A stretch of DNA of 64,000 bases from Eledone cirrhosa (GCA_964016885.1 OZ024741.1:382044001-382108000); one strand, 5' to 3'. Shown: positions 41,250-55,269, counted from the first letter of the stretch. Notes: generated by a model not told the origin, from the letters alone. Numbers and translations: made by a program.

Positions 41250-41360
41250 TCATGGCCATCTATTGTGAGTTCGATTCCCGAAGCGAGCGATCCGTTTTGT
41301 CCTTGGGAAAGACATTTTATTTCACGTTGCTCCTTCTACCTGGAGTTGCAAACGAAAGAT
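41250..41360 (+). mobile_element. Degraded tRNA-derived SINE (CORE-like)
   Basis: B box GAGTTCGATTCCC followed by TGTCCTTGGGAAAGACATTTTA. Confidence 0.45.
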
Positions 41361-42081
41361 AGTATTAGCAATTGGAAAAACCAATGGAAATATTCTTTCC
41401 TCGGTTCAATTTGACGAAAGTCGATCGACTGTCGATAGTGGAAAGTTCTGATGCTTGTTCAATTGTGGATGCAATGTTATTGCTGTTTTTGTTGCTATTC
41501 TTGTTCATGTTGTTTTTATTGTTCATTTTAGTAATCTGTAGAATTTGATTTGATTTCGGGAATACTATCATTTACATTCTCGTGTTAATTCAATGTTGCT
41601 GCTGCTGTTATCATCGTTATTGTTTTTTATGTGTTATTGTCGTTGCCGTTGTTTTCGCTTCTGCTGTTTTTGAAGTCGGTGTTGCCGCTACTGTTGTTAT
41701 CGCTGCTAGTGTTAATGAAGACTCAATAATGCTGGTGACAGTGTTGAAGTTGGTGGTGTTGTTGTTCTCACTTTTCTCGTATATTTCATTTAAGCTCCTT
41801 CTAGAAGAGGAAACTTCGGTATCTGCCATGATTCTCTTTTAGATTATGGGGTGGAGGTTAAGCCAGATTAAATGCAACTTTAACTCTTTAAAATTATGTG
41901 GGAAAAACGAACTCCATCGGAAGATGGTTAATTTAGACACAGCAATACACAAACATTCCAAACAAAAGGTTTGTATAACCAATGAAAAGTAACAATCTTA
42001 CAGAGTAAAAACTTGGACGGTATAGATTTAAGAAACAAAAACAACAGTAATAATAACAATGATAATGATAAAAAAAAAAAA

Positions 42082-45000
42082 TTCTTTGTTTATTAATCAT
42101 AAGTGTTGACACAAACTATAACATTAAGGACAACACAGGACAATACAAATGGGCATTTCGGCGTGTAAAAAAAAAACAAAAAACAAAAAACAAACAATGT
42201 GTGACAAAAGGAAACGATGAAAAATTCCCAATAGGAAGGAGGCCTCTGAGGGTGGCTCCTGGAGAAACCCACAAGAAAAGCTACGGTTACCCTGACCTAG
42301 GGTAACCGCTAGGGTTTTCCTCCTACAATGCTACATGCACACGATAAGGGTAGGCCCATTCACACGGGCCATTCTTGCCTCTCTCACACACATTTCAACA
42401 AACTGGCTGGAGGTCATCACTTCCCTATCCACCCTGATTTTCCTCTTCAGGTGAAAGCTGAAAAAGTTAATAAGGGCATCACCGAAGAGGAAAGTACCGG
42501 TCCTCAACCCTTTCAGACGTGTCCACCATACAATCTCTTTTACCATGGCAACCAGGCAGATAAAAACTATCTGTCCTTCTCACAATGGACTCAGCTGATA
42601 GCCAGACCCGTTCTTCACGTGACAGCAGGTGTTCGGCATAAATCCACAAATCAGTAATGCTCGGACACTGGACGGGTGCGTGCTGGACGGTTTCATCGTC
42701 CTGTGCGCATCTCGGACGGGCTCGGCTGACGGCACTTCCATGCCAGTAGAGTTTATCCCGAACTGGCAAGGCTCCTCGGTAGCACTGCCAGGGATTTCTG
42801 GAAGTTGTCCAAGGGCCCCGGCCCGAAAGTTCTCCAGGAGAGATTTGCTAGTTGGTTTTCGTCGACCCTTAGAGTCTCCCCAAGGACGTCGTTGCACTTT
42901 CCTTCAACTAATCATGTACGGAAAGCAAAGGTGGAATTTCCAGCGGTTGTATTGCTCGACTGGTCGAGGGCTGTAAGCGCCTGAAGAAGTTCTAGTCTCC
43001 AAACGCTTCTTCTCGGTTTTCGCTTGACCCTGGACTGCAGCTCGACCAAGGAGACAAGCTGGGAAAACATGTGTCTAGCAAAGGGCGACCACACTGATCA
43101 CCGTCGAGGAAGAGCTGGAGATGCCGTAGCCTGAGCGCATGTCTGAGTATCAAGGCCACGGCATGCGCAGCCCTACGCGTGGCGAGTGTTGACAGCAGAT
43201 GGACCGCCTGACGATCGGATCACGTCCCTTCCACAAAAGGCGAAAGAACAAACGATCCACGACGGTCAGGCGGTAGTAGATGACGGACGCGATGTACGCA
43301 TTCGCCCCCTCGGGTCGACCTTTCAGGGATAGCTTCCTCTCGGCCCATTTCTGGGTGAGAGAAAACACCTTGCTCGTGACATCCTCTGTTTTTTTCGGTC
43401 AGCTGGGCCGGATCGAACTAGACCCCTAGCAATTTAACCGGTCCGTCCGTCCAGCGCCCGACAACGGGTTGGGTGACATGGACCTGTCTCTCCAGGTGCC
43501 GAGTTGCAGGCCTACTGATTTTTTCTGGTTGATCATTGCTCCTCTCACTACCTCGTATTCTCTTAGTGTGGTGTTGATTGCCTCGATGTGTTTAGTGTTC
43601 GACACCACTACGCTGATGTCGTCTGCATAAGCTGACACTGTTCCTCCGCATCCTAGTACAGGTGGGATCCCTACCAATTTCCCAAGTTTGTGCAGTAATG
43701 GCTCAAGAGTCAATACGTACAATAAGGATGAGAGAGGACATCCCTGGCGGATCGAGCGCATGATGTTGAACGGTTCCGAAAGGTGACCATTCACTCACAC
43801 CACAGAGCAGACGTCACTGTGCATGGCAGCAATCCAGCCTCTGAAGACAGGCCGAAAGTCAGCTGCTCGTAGGACTGCTGCCAGATAATGCTCAAACCTA
43901 TCGAAAGCTCCCACTGATCTAAATTGATCAAAGTCACACCCGTGCCAGGTTCCCTAGCTACCCTCTCCACGATGTATCGCATGAGGTGGAAGTTGTCAGG
44001 GATGGATCTGTCTGGAATGGCGCATGTCTGCACCTCTTCCACCAGACCACCAACGACGAGTGCCAAAGTCTTTGCTAGCACCTTGGCCAAAATCTTGAAC
44101 TCTGTGTTTAGCAAGGTTATGGGCCTGGAATTAACTATGTTATTCCCTTTGTTCGGATCCTTTCTCAGCTGCGCCACCGCTACTCGCCTCACAGAGCTGG
44201 GAATTATTCCGTTCTTTTGCCAGCTCCAGTAGACGTCCACCAAGAGGCCTCCGAACAAGTCTGGAATCTGTTCGTAAAGTTCACAGGGCAGACCATACAG
44301 ACCAGGCGATTTACCCCTTGTGCAACCAGTCATTGCCTCCCGTACTTCATCAGTTGTTATCGGCTTTTCACAACACTCCACCTCAGTGGGAGAGAGCCGC
44401 GGCAGTCCGTCGAGGTAGGCACTAAAGTGTATCCCTCGATCCGGCGAGCCGCTGCCCCCAACAGCTGAGCGAAGTGTCACTGAAAAGCTTCACACATTTT
44501 CCCGGGATCGAGTAGCATGCGCCCGTCGTGGTCCACCAAATACCGGATCGAGGTTTTGTTGCCACGACGCACCTCCGCCACTCGTGTCCATTGAACGGCT
44601 TTCCTCCCCTCGTGTTTGAGTGCACGCACCCTAGCTCTGATAACGCAGCCTAGGTGATTTGCATTGAAGAATTAGTCAAGGGCCAATTGTGCCGCAATGT
44701 TTACTAAGCGCCTCGTCTAATTTTCTAACTAGTTCTCCCTCTACTCTATTTTTCTCTATTGTTAAAGCCTTATTAAACCTAATGGACTCTATTCTAATCG
44801 CTCTTTTCAGAGCAAACCACCATTTGTTGTTGACGGTGGGCCCTGTCAATGCCGGTTTAACTAATTCGCTAATCCGGTATATGTAGGGCTTGCGCGCTGT
44901 TAATGACGCGTTTAGCTTCCAGTATCCAAGTCCCTGCCTATGAGGCATATCTAAGTGAAACTCACAGATCACGAATTTGTGTTCCGTGCAGTCGACTATT

Positions 45001-48000
45001 TTGAAATGGGGACAGCCTATGCTTAACCTATCTATTTTCCTACAAATACCCCATCTAGATATGATCTGGATGACCCGATGCGGTTTGTCCATGTCCACAT
45101 TGGCCCATTCGGGAAATCCAGACAGTAGAAACCGTCTAATCAGGTTTGCGAGGCTTTTACACCCTCCTCCTCTATTCGCTAATCCCACACAGTCCCAGCG
45201 TGCATCTAAGATCCTGTTCCAATCGCCCACTAACTTCCCCCCGATCCAGGACGGCTGGGAGATGCGTTCACATCGTAGCCACCGGAAGATCGGTGCGAAG
45301 GCTCGTGCTTCGGATAGTCTGGTCTCGCTGATGGCCACCACGTCTATGTTTAGTGACCTGAAGTCGTTGAGCAGGTAGCCCTGCTTCCATGCTGACCCCA
45401 GGCCAAGCGCATTTATGCTGCCTATTCTGAGTGAGGTCATGTTGAAAAGGAGTGGAGAAATATGGGAAATACCACTTACCTTACTTCTCATAGCGGAAGG
45501 ATGGCTTCCCCATCCTTCTGACAGCTTGTGGCCTCCTGCGGAAGGATGTCCCTATAAATCCTCCTGCAGAGTGTTTGTCGGAAATGTCCGATGTCCTTGG
45601 AGAATTTTTGTTTTAGTGTCGTGTACGGTTTCTGTGTGATGCGAGTGATTTGTATGTGTTGAGGTCGTGTGAACTTTTGGGTTGTTGTGTAGTCTTTTTC
45701 TGTGATGCTGGTGTTGTGGTGGATGTAGTGTAATAATTGGTTGTTGTTCAAATTTAATGCTGTGTACTGTGTATCATTTTGGTTGTACGGTTTTGTTGGC
45801 GTTTGTTGTGGGTTTGTTTCTGTTTCGCTTATTGGTGATTTTAGTGGAGTTGGTGATGGCGGTTGTGCGGTTAATGATGGTGATGGTGTTGGTGTTTGTG
45901 GTGATGGGGCTTGTGATGCCGGTGTAGGTGGTGGCATAGCTGTCTTAACTTTTTTGTTTGTTTGCTTATATGTTTCCCCTTGTATTTTTTTTGGAGGGCA
46001 AAGGAAGATGATTTTGGTGGGGGCCTTCATTTTTCCTTTTTCTTTTTTCCTGATACCATTTCCCACTCCGCCTCCTCGTCACAATCTGTCTCTAGTTGGT
46101 TGAGATAGGTCGGAGAGTGGAAAATCCTCCACAGGCGTTAGTTTTTGTTGTGGCGTGGTGGATGGTGGAGGCGATGGCACTAATTCTGGCGCGGTGGGTG
46201 GTGGTGGTGTTGGTTTTGCTACTGTTGCTAGGATTGTTGCTGCTACAATTGCTGCTTATGTTGTTACTACAGTTGTTGCTGACATTTCTGCAGCTGGTGG
46301 TTTTGATGGTGGGTGGGAGAGGTGCCCCCAATCTTTAGCCTGAGGGCAGGAAGCCTTTAGGTGGGTTCCTTCACCACAAACGACATACGTAGGCCTTCTA
46401 CCCTCAACGATTACGGGGAGGCTTCTGCCGTCATTGAGGTCTATCACCTCTGGAATTTCCTGAATGCTTTTTTGGTCGACTTGGATCAGGAGCTCCATCC
46501 CAGATCCGGACCAGTTCTCCTGCTTTTCTTTTGTTACCTCAATTATTTTCGTGTTGGCCTCGATGCCGGTGAGGACAGCAGCCATTAGCCAGAATTTCAA
46601 TGGCCGGCGGAACGTAGGTCACCTTGACCTTCACGAGACTCTGACCACAATAGCTTGGGAGGAGTGTGAACTCGTCACTTCTTAATGGTGCCATGGAGTG
46701 ATCTCTAGTTTCCTGTGAAGTTCCAAAGAACACGTCCACGGTTCCATATTTGGGCCCACGTCTGATGTGGGTTTTTTTTCGCCCAAACATGTCCCAACGT
46801 TTTTGTATCTGGGACTCGGATGCCCGTTCCACTCGGCATGATTTTGTTTTTATCGTCCCATATGATACGGTGCATAGGCATCGATGCTCCATTTTATTAT
46901 ATGGGGAGGGGGGAAGGGGGTTAATCTTTTTTTTACCATTCGCTTGGCTCCATTCAATTCATCCTGGCTTACCTCTATTATTTAGCTTTTCTTGGTTGCT
47001 TTGGCAAATGACACATTTTGTTTTGCGCTGGTGTTGTCGTTGTTGTTGTTATTATCATTGTTGTTGTTGTTGCTGTTGTTGTTATTGTTATTTTTGTTAT
47101 TGTTATTTTTAGTTTCAGTTGTGGTGGTGTCAGTGGTGTTCGGCGTGGAAGAGTTGATTCTGGGTGAATCTATTTCGATGTCACGAGATAATGATTTCAT
47201 TTATTGGCCAAAAGGGCCGACATATAGGGGACAATACAAAAGACTGGGACACTGGGGTTTTACAGAAAAATCAAGTAAACAATATGAATCACAAAAAGAA
47301 ATTAACAATAAAACTACAACAAAAAAAAATTCCCCAATAGGGGGGATGACCACCCAGGCTTCGCTCAGGTACCCCACCAATCCTGAACGACCCGACGCTT
47401 CGAGAGCACCCTGGAAAGCACCCCCTCTCCTCCTCAAATTTACCTACCTACAGCCGCATAACCAGAGTATGTCAACTCACACGGGCCATTCTCGCCACAT
47501 TCACCCACCTTTCAGCAAATGTACTGGGGGGGGGGGGGGGCAGCACTTCTCTCTCCACCCTCACCTTCCATTCCAAGTGAAACTTGAAAAAGTTGATGAG
47601 GGATTGGCCGAAGAGAAACGTGTGTTCAGTCCTTTCAACCTCATCCACCATACAACCTCTTTCGCTTCTGCCAGCAGACAGAGGAAAATTGCCTGCTCTT
47701 CCTCGCCAAAAGAAGGCCGCGGGTGAGATCTTCATTATGGACTCGGCCGAGAGGCAGATCCGTTCTACACGCGACAACAGCTGTTCAACATAGCTCCACA
47801 AGTCAGTAATGCACGGACACTGGACGAATGCGTGCAGAACGGCTTCGTCGCTCTGCGCGCATTTCGGGCAGGTCCATCTGACAGCACTTCCGTGCCTGTA
47901 GAGTTTAACTCGAACCGGCAAGCGAGCGATTTTTGGAAATTATCCATCGTCCACGACTCGAAAGTCCTCCGGTACAGACTGGTTAGTTCGACTTCGTTGA

Positions 48001-51000
48001 CTCCCAGAGCCTCTCTGGGTGCGTCGTCGCACTTGCCCACCACTGATCCTCTACAGAACTCGAGAGTGGAAGTTCCACTGACCGCATTGCCCGCCTGGTA
48101 GGGGGAAGTGAGTGCCTGGCAACATTCCAGATTCCAGTCACCCAGTCTCGGTCTCTTCTTGACCAAGGACTGCAGCTCAGTCAAAGAAACGAGCTGCGGA
48201 AAGGCCCGTGTGACAAACGGTGACCACACCTGTTCACCGTTTAGGCAGAATATCTGGAGATGCCGCAGCCGCAGCCTCATCGCGTGCCTGCGCATCATTA
48301 GCCACGGTATGCCCAGCCCTCCACGTAGAGGGTGCTGGCAGCAGATGGACCGCCTCACCAGCGGACCCTGACCCCTCCACAAGAATTTGAAGAGGAGCCG
48401 CTCCAAGATGGCGAGGCGCGAACGGGGGAAAGGGACGACGGTCAGGCGGTAGTAGATGACGGACGCGATGTACGCGTTCGCCACCTCCGCCCGACATTTC
48501 AGTGATAGCTTCATCCCATCCCATTTCTGGGTGAGACTGGCTACCCTGCCCGTCACCTCGTCCCAATTCTTATCCACCTGGAGGGCTGGCCCGAACCAAA
48601 CCCCTAGCAACTTTACCGGTCCGCCCGTCCAACACTTAACGACGCTGTTGGACGGCATGGGCTTGCCTCTCCAGGTGCCCAGTTGCAAGCCCACCGACTT
48701 TTCCGGGTTAAGTTTTGCTCCAGTCAACCTTTCATATTCCTCCAATAAATTGCCGACCACCTATATTTCTGATGTGTCCGACACCATCACGGTGATGTCG
48801 TCCGCATAAGCCGACACAGCCTTTCCACGTCCCGGTTCGAGCGGGATGCCTTGCAACAGGTCCAGCTTCCGCAGTAAAGGCTCGAGAGTCAATACGTACA
48901 GAAGGGAGGAGAGAGGGCACCCTTCACGGACCGATTGGGAGACCTCAAATGGTTCCGAGAGGTGGCCATTAATTTTAACCATCGAGCAGGTGTTGCTGTG
49001 CATTGCTGCGATCCAGCTTCTGAAGACGGGGCCAAAGCCAGCCGCCTTGAGGACAGCCTCCAGATACCGATAGTCGACCCTATCGAATGCTTTCGATTGA
49101 TCTATGCAGCCGACAAGTGCATCCTGAATCTCAGCTGAAGTAATTGGCCTTTCGCAGCGCCCAGCGTCAGCCGTCGAGAGTTGCGACACCATCGAGGTAG
49201 GGACTGAAGTCCGCCATCATCTCTGACCCGCCGCTTCCCCCGAACAACCGAGCAAAATGTTGGCAAAAGGCCTCACACATCCGCTTGGAATCGCTCAGCT
49301 CGTGTCCGTCTCGGTCTGTCAAAAACCGAATCGTGGTTTTATTACCACGCTACGCATCTGCCACGCGGGCCGATCGAACAGCTTTGGTTCCCCCGTTTCT
49401 TAGAGCACGCGCCTTAGCTCTGACAATGCAACCTTCGTGTTTCACATTGAATGAATGGTCTAATGCCATTCTCGCCGCTAGCACGTCAGTTGCAATTCCA
49501 CTACCAATAGCCTCGTCTAACTTATCTACCAACCCCCCCTCCTTTCTATTTTTCTCTAACGCTACTTCTTTGCTAAACTCTATCGACATTACCCCACCAT
49601 TTATTGTTGACGACTCCCCCGTCGACTTTTTCTTAACTAAATTGTTGACCTAGTCCCTGTAAGCCTACGTGCCGGAAATGACATGTTTAGTTCCAATAAC
49701 CAGGTCCTAACCTACGCGTCTTATCTTGGTCGACCATACAGATCACAAACTTGTGATCTGAATAGGCGACTGTTTCAAAACTTGACAGCTTACACTATTT
49801 CTGTCTATTTTCCTAATGAATATCCTGTCTATATACGATCTAGATGACCATATGCGGTTAGCCCAGGTCCACACTGGCGCATTAGGGAAATCAAGTCGGT
49901 ACCTGTCAGACAGTTGGAACTGGCTGATCAGGTTCTTGAGGTTTTTGCACCCCACGCTCCTATCGGATACTCCCACACTGTCCCAGCGTGCGTCTAAGAT
50001 GCCGTTCCAGTCCCCCACTAACAGTAAAGGGTTAGACGTGCCCAGAAAGGCTTCCAGGCGTCTAAAGAGGTCCGGCCGTCCTGCCCCAGTAGGAGCATAG
50101 ACGGCCACCAGTCTAAAGGCACCAGCTTCGTTATTGTTCACGTCCAGGACCACCAACTTCCCGTCCGGGTCCCGGAAGATCGACCTCACCTCGAGATCCA
50201 GGCCTTTCCTAAAGAGCACTGCCACCCCGCCTCCTATTCCCGGCCGGCTATCAGATGCAAAGATCTGATAGTCGTCGAAAATGGGGGCTAGTGCGCGCGT
50301 GTCGGAAATCCTGGTCTCGCTGACGGCAATTACATACATTTATAGAGACCTGAGATCATTGAGCAGATGACCCTGTTTCCAGGACGATCCCAAGCCTCGA
50401 ACATTTAAACATCCTAATCTTAATACGGCCATGTTGGAAGGTTAAAAGAGAGAGAGGAAATGTTTACTTACCTTCCGGGCTCTTGTGAAGGTCGGGTAGT
50501 TCGACCTCCATAGTTGGTGGGGTTTCTTTTGGGAACCCCTTTAAAAGTCTTGAAGTTGGTTTTACGTCCGGGGTTCACACGTCCCGAGGAAATCTCTCTC
50601 GTATTTCTTTGTATAATTCGATCGACATTCGCACCAGAACCAAATCTTCCGGCACGCGAAATTTGGTCGATTTAAAACTTTCCCCCTCTTTTTGTATATT
50701 TTCACTTCTTGCCACGAGGGTAATCAGTCCCTTGTTGGTCCTCCCGACGAGCACGAAGTTTTGTATGTTTTGTTGGTGTGATTTTATTTGTTTGCGTGGC
50801 TGTGGTTGTGATGGTTTTGGTGGTGTTGTTTCGGTTGTGTCTGTGTTTGTTGTGAGTGCGGTGTGTGTGGTTTCAGATGTTTGTGTGTATATTTGTTCTT
50901 ACGTCTGTTTAGGTTGTTTGCGTAATGGTGGTTTTGATGTTGGTGTTATTGGAGAGATGTTTGCGTGGGTGGTGTCTGCGTTTTTTATTGTGGGTGATTT

Positions 51001-51670
51001 TGTGCTTTGTTGAGTTTCCTTTTCTTTTTGTGTTTCCTTTTTTGTATTTTGGGGGATTTTGGTTTTCCCTCATCTTCACTACTGGTAGATGAGGGGTCTG
51101 TGTCTGTAACTGTGTCTGTATGTATGTTCATGGTTTTATTGGTGTGTGTATTTTTGGGGGGAGAGGGAATTTGGATGTCACGAGATAATAATTTATTTTT
51201 GTTTCTGTTGTCAATGTGGTGGTGGTGGTGATGGTGGCATCAGTGGTGTTGGTTGTTCTTTTTGACATTGTGGTGGTGGTGGCGGCTATAACACCTGCAG
51301 TTATTGGTAATGGCGGGAAATCCATGCTTGCATGCGGCAAATTAAAATAATTGATACTGGTATTAATTATATTTTCAGTGTTGGCAACCGTGGCAAGGTT
51401 TACAATGGTGGTGGCGGGAGATAATGATCTGTTAGAAGCAGGAGATTTGTAGACCATGTTTTTTTTTTCAAAGAAATATATTATTTGATCGATAAAAGGT
51501 TTAACTTTTGGGCTCAAGGCCCCAATATTATTGAATGTCATCTTCAGAAAGCAATATGTGAACTTATAAACACTTAACAACAAAAATTTTCCATAACTGG
51601 CAATTTGAAACGACTGAAAACAACAAACCTTTGTGGAGCTCACGATAATACGATTTCCTACGTAGGTCAC
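42082..51670 (-). mobile_element. Tx1 LINE copy 3 (42082-47192 plus 51174-51670), full length, interrupted by copy 4, flanked by (TTA)n-like tracts
   Basis: 5' UTR and ORF1 start at 51670-51190, continuing at 47176 across the TSD. Degenerate knuckle YVVCGEGTHLKASC; ORF2 45440-42331 APE/RT fragments; AATAAA near 42092. Confidence 0.9.
47193..51173 (-). mobile_element. Tx1 LINE copy 4, 5'-truncated, nested in copy 3, with internal RT deletion near 49105
   Basis: TSD GATGTCACGAGATAAT at 47177-47192 and 51174-51189. ORF2 runs 50432-47448. ALVGC joins directly to IDQSKAFDRVD. Confidence 0.92.
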
Positions 51671-51700
51671 CAATAATAATAATAATAATAATAATAATAA

Positions 51701-52685
51701 AGAGATCTGAAGGTGGAATAGGTCTTATCAGCATAGAAGACTGTGTTCACATGAAGAAAATCAACCTGCACAAATATGTGACTGACAGTAGGGAGCCGAT
51801 GCTCAAAATTGCAGAAGGAGGTGACAATAGACCAGAGGATGTCCATAAAGGAAATAACAAGGAGAAAGAGCAACCTTCAAGAAACATCCCTTCATAGCAC
51901 CATCTTTAGGAAAAAGGAATTTAGAGGTCCCCAGACATGGAACTGGTTAAAAAGAGGAGACCTTAACAAACCTACAGAACGAATGATATGTGCTGCGCAA
52001 GAGCAAGCCCTCAGAACGAGGTGGGTGAAACACTTATTGACAAGGAGGAGACCAGCTCACTGTGTAGGATCTGTGGAGAGAGAGAAGAGACTATGGCTCA
52101 CATTGTATCCGTGTGTAAACACGTAGCCCAGACTCACTATAAAGGCTGGAGATATGATGTTATAGGCAGGGTGACCCACTGGCATCTATGCAAAGTAAAT
52201 AATTTACCACATTCTGAGAAGTGGTATGAGCATAAGCCAGAGTCGGTGATAGAAAACGATCAGGTGAAGGTGCTGTGGGATTTTAGGATACAGACGGACA
52301 AGAAATTAGAACACAACAGGCCTAACTTGATTGTTTTTGAAAAGGAAAAGAAAAATCGTGCCTGATTGTAGATGTAGCCTGCCCATTTGACACGATTTTG
52401 CAAGAAAAGGAGGGGGAGAAAATTAACCGATACCAGGATTTAAAGTAAGAGTTAAACAGGATTTGGAACTGCAATGAGATCAAGGTCGTCCCGATTGTCA
52501 TAGGAGCACTAGGTACTATCTCTAGGAGTTTCCAAGTATCATTAAAGAAGATTAGTCCAGTCCCGTTTCTTGGAACACTTCAAAGGGTAGGCTTGCTGCT
52601 AACAGCAAGAACCCTTCGATATGTCCTGAATATCTGAGGCTGCAGGTAGCGACTTGATATTCATTCCAACGAACTTTTCAGTTAA
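51701..52685 (+). mobile_element. R4/Dong-clade non-LTR retrotransposon 3' fragment (CCHC plus restriction-like endonuclease)
   Basis: ICAAQEQAL, LCRICGEREETMAHIVSVC, VLWDFRIQTD..HNRP, IVDVACPFD and VPIVIGALG; preceded by (AAT)n at 51672-51700. Confidence 0.88.
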
Positions 52686-52689
52686 TTAA

Positions 52690-53895
52690 CATCAAAAGGC
52701 AGATGCAGATAAAATATATCTCCCTAGGAAATAAGGAGGACGTGGATTAATCCAATTAGATATTGCTTTGAAATATGCAACAATTGGATTACCTACATAC
52801 CTAAGGGAGGTGCATGATTGCATGAGCAAACTCGTTTTGAAACAGAAAGCATCAACAGATCATACTCCATTACAAAAGATGCACAAAGATACAGTAATGA
52901 ACTACACATTTCAGAAGTTCCAATTACTGCTGAAATGAAAAATACAGAAAAGGCAAAGCAAGTAAAAGTAACTGCAAAGAAATAACTGCTACAGGAACTG
53001 GCTAAGAAATGGCAAGAAAAAAACCCTGTAAGGAAAATAACCAGAAAGAGCTAACAATCCTGATGTTGACAACATTTTAACCCATCAGTGGTTGGCATCC
53101 TCTGGACTGAAATCGGAGACTGATGGACTGATTATATCAGCACAAGATCAGTGTCTGCCAACAAAAAATTATCAAGCCAACATAATAAAAACTGGATGCA
53201 ACCCATTATGCCGTGTATGTAAAAATCAACCAGAGACAATTGATCATATAATTTCAATGTGCAGTCCTATAGCTCCAACCGAATATCTAAACAGGCATGA
53301 CAGAGCTGCACAATACATACATTGGATAATGTGTAAGCATTTTTACCTGCCCCATCAAAATAATTAGTGGGAGCATCAACCACCTCCCATACTTGAAAAA
53401 TATCATATCTGAATCTTGTGGAACTTTAGTATCCAAACAGGTCGAAAAATAGACCTAATATAATACTGAATGACTTTAAAAAGAGAGTATGCCTGCTAAT
53501 TGACACGTCCGTTCCAATAGACAAGAATGTATCTATAAAAACATTTGAAAATGAGATAGAAATTGGAAAAATGTGGAAGTTGAGAACTAAAACAATACCA
53601 GTGGTTGTAGGCGTTCTAGGAATGATACCTACGGGGTCTAATGATAACTTATCGTAAATCCCAGGAAACCCGCGTATGGAAGACATTCAAAAGATAGTAC
53701 TAATGGGAACTACCCACATACTAAGGAAGATTCTGTCAATATAATACATCACAAGTCTAAACACCTACAGATGCATGGGTGTGTGTTCTTTCTTGAACAT
53801 GGTGGACCTTGTTGTCTCTTGAGTTCACTGATTGTGACTTGGTGATAACTTGTATGAACATAAAGCAAGATAAATGCAATAATAATAATAATAAT
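52690..53895 (+). mobile_element. Second R4/Dong-clade 3' fragment ending in (AAT)n
   Basis: KADADKIYLPRK*GGRGL, LKSETDGLIISAQDQ, LCRVCKNQPETIDHIISMC, YLNRHD, IPVVVGVLG; (AAT)n at 53878-53895. Confidence 0.88.
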
Positions 53896-53909
53896 TTCTT
53901 TATTATTAA

Positions 53910-54021
53910 TAATAATAGCTTCTACTTTTGGCACAAGGCCAGAAATTAGCTCAGTGTTTTACTGGTGCTTTAATTTATCGACCCCGTAAGGATTAAAGGC
54001 AAAGTTAACATCGGTGGGATT
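53910..54021 (-). mobile_element. Partial tRNA-derived SINE
   Basis: Matches the core and tail of the 11023 family. Confidence 0.7.
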
Positions 54022-54651
54022 ATGAGAATAATAAATGTTCAAAATATGTCTTATTGAAACATCTTACAAAACTCTAGGCAATTTTAATCAGATTTTTTAG
54101 ATGAAGGAAAAAATATCGTATCGATATTTTGAAGGATATAAGCAAAACCTATTAGTGAGAATATGATAAAATTCCGTAAATAAAAATGGATGATTATAGG
54201 AAGAAACAGAATATCTTATGATTTCTGTTCGGTAACAAGAGATTAATGGAACTATTGTTAAAGCAAATATTGAAAAATAAATTCCCTTCAAGCTAGTAAG
54301 TATTGGATGTGTAGTGACATAGATGAAAGAATAAAATTGGCAAGCTTGTAAGAAAGAAATATAGGGAAAACCTGAAATGATAACGTGAAATACATAAAGG
54401 ATAAGTGGACTATATGAATTCAATATGAATGTAATGGAGCAGTACCACCAACTCAGTTACCTTTCTGAAATAAGTAATGTAACGTTTTGAAGGGTATCAG
54501 TCCCCTCGTGCAAGGACATCAAAATGCAGCAGAATATAAACAAGTACAAGGGAATTTATAACATATCAGATGGTTTGCTAGAAAAGGCAGACACATGCCT
54601 TCTTAAAGGGCACACTAACTCTCATGTAAAAAGAATGTACCATTTGGATAA

Positions 54652-54870
54652 TATAATTGTTTCTACTTTAGAAACAAGGCCAGCAATTTGAAAGGGAGGG
54701 GAAAGTCAATTAAATCGACTTCAATGTATTAACTGGTGCTTTACTTTAACCACCCCATATGATGAAAGTTAAAGCTAACCTCGGCGGGATTTGAACTTAG
54801 AACGTAAAGGGCCGTAAATTTATGCTGCGATGCATGGTGTCCTACGCTCTATGGATACTGCCAATCCACC
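54652..54870 (-). mobile_element. tRNA-derived SINE, longer variant of the same family
   Basis: CCTCGGCGGGATTTGAAC..ACTGCCAATCCACC and tail TTGTTTCTAC..AAGGCCAGC. Confidence 0.8.
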
Positions 54871-55269
54871 GGTTCCTGATATACAAATCAGAGAACGTGA
54901 CTGGTCACAATGTATGGAAGGATACAATATCTAATGGAATGTTATTGTTCAGATATTTGCGAATGTAATGTTGATGTGGACCTATAAATATTAAAGCAAA
55001 AATGCTCGAGTATTTGTGTTCGGATACACAGTGCTAAATCGAAACCATGCAATGTGGGAGTCGACCTCCGCCAAGCATGCGTACTGTCACTTCTTCTGTT
55101 CATTATTTTCATAAACAGGACTAACATGTGCAGTATGGATGGAAGTCGTGTCATTGCTGACGGTGTAAAATCGGTCGGAATTTGCAGACATGGTGTTACT
55201 TAACTCGACAGAAGGTGATATTAACAGAAGATTGATGTTGAGTGCTGCATGGCCGAATACTTTGACACT

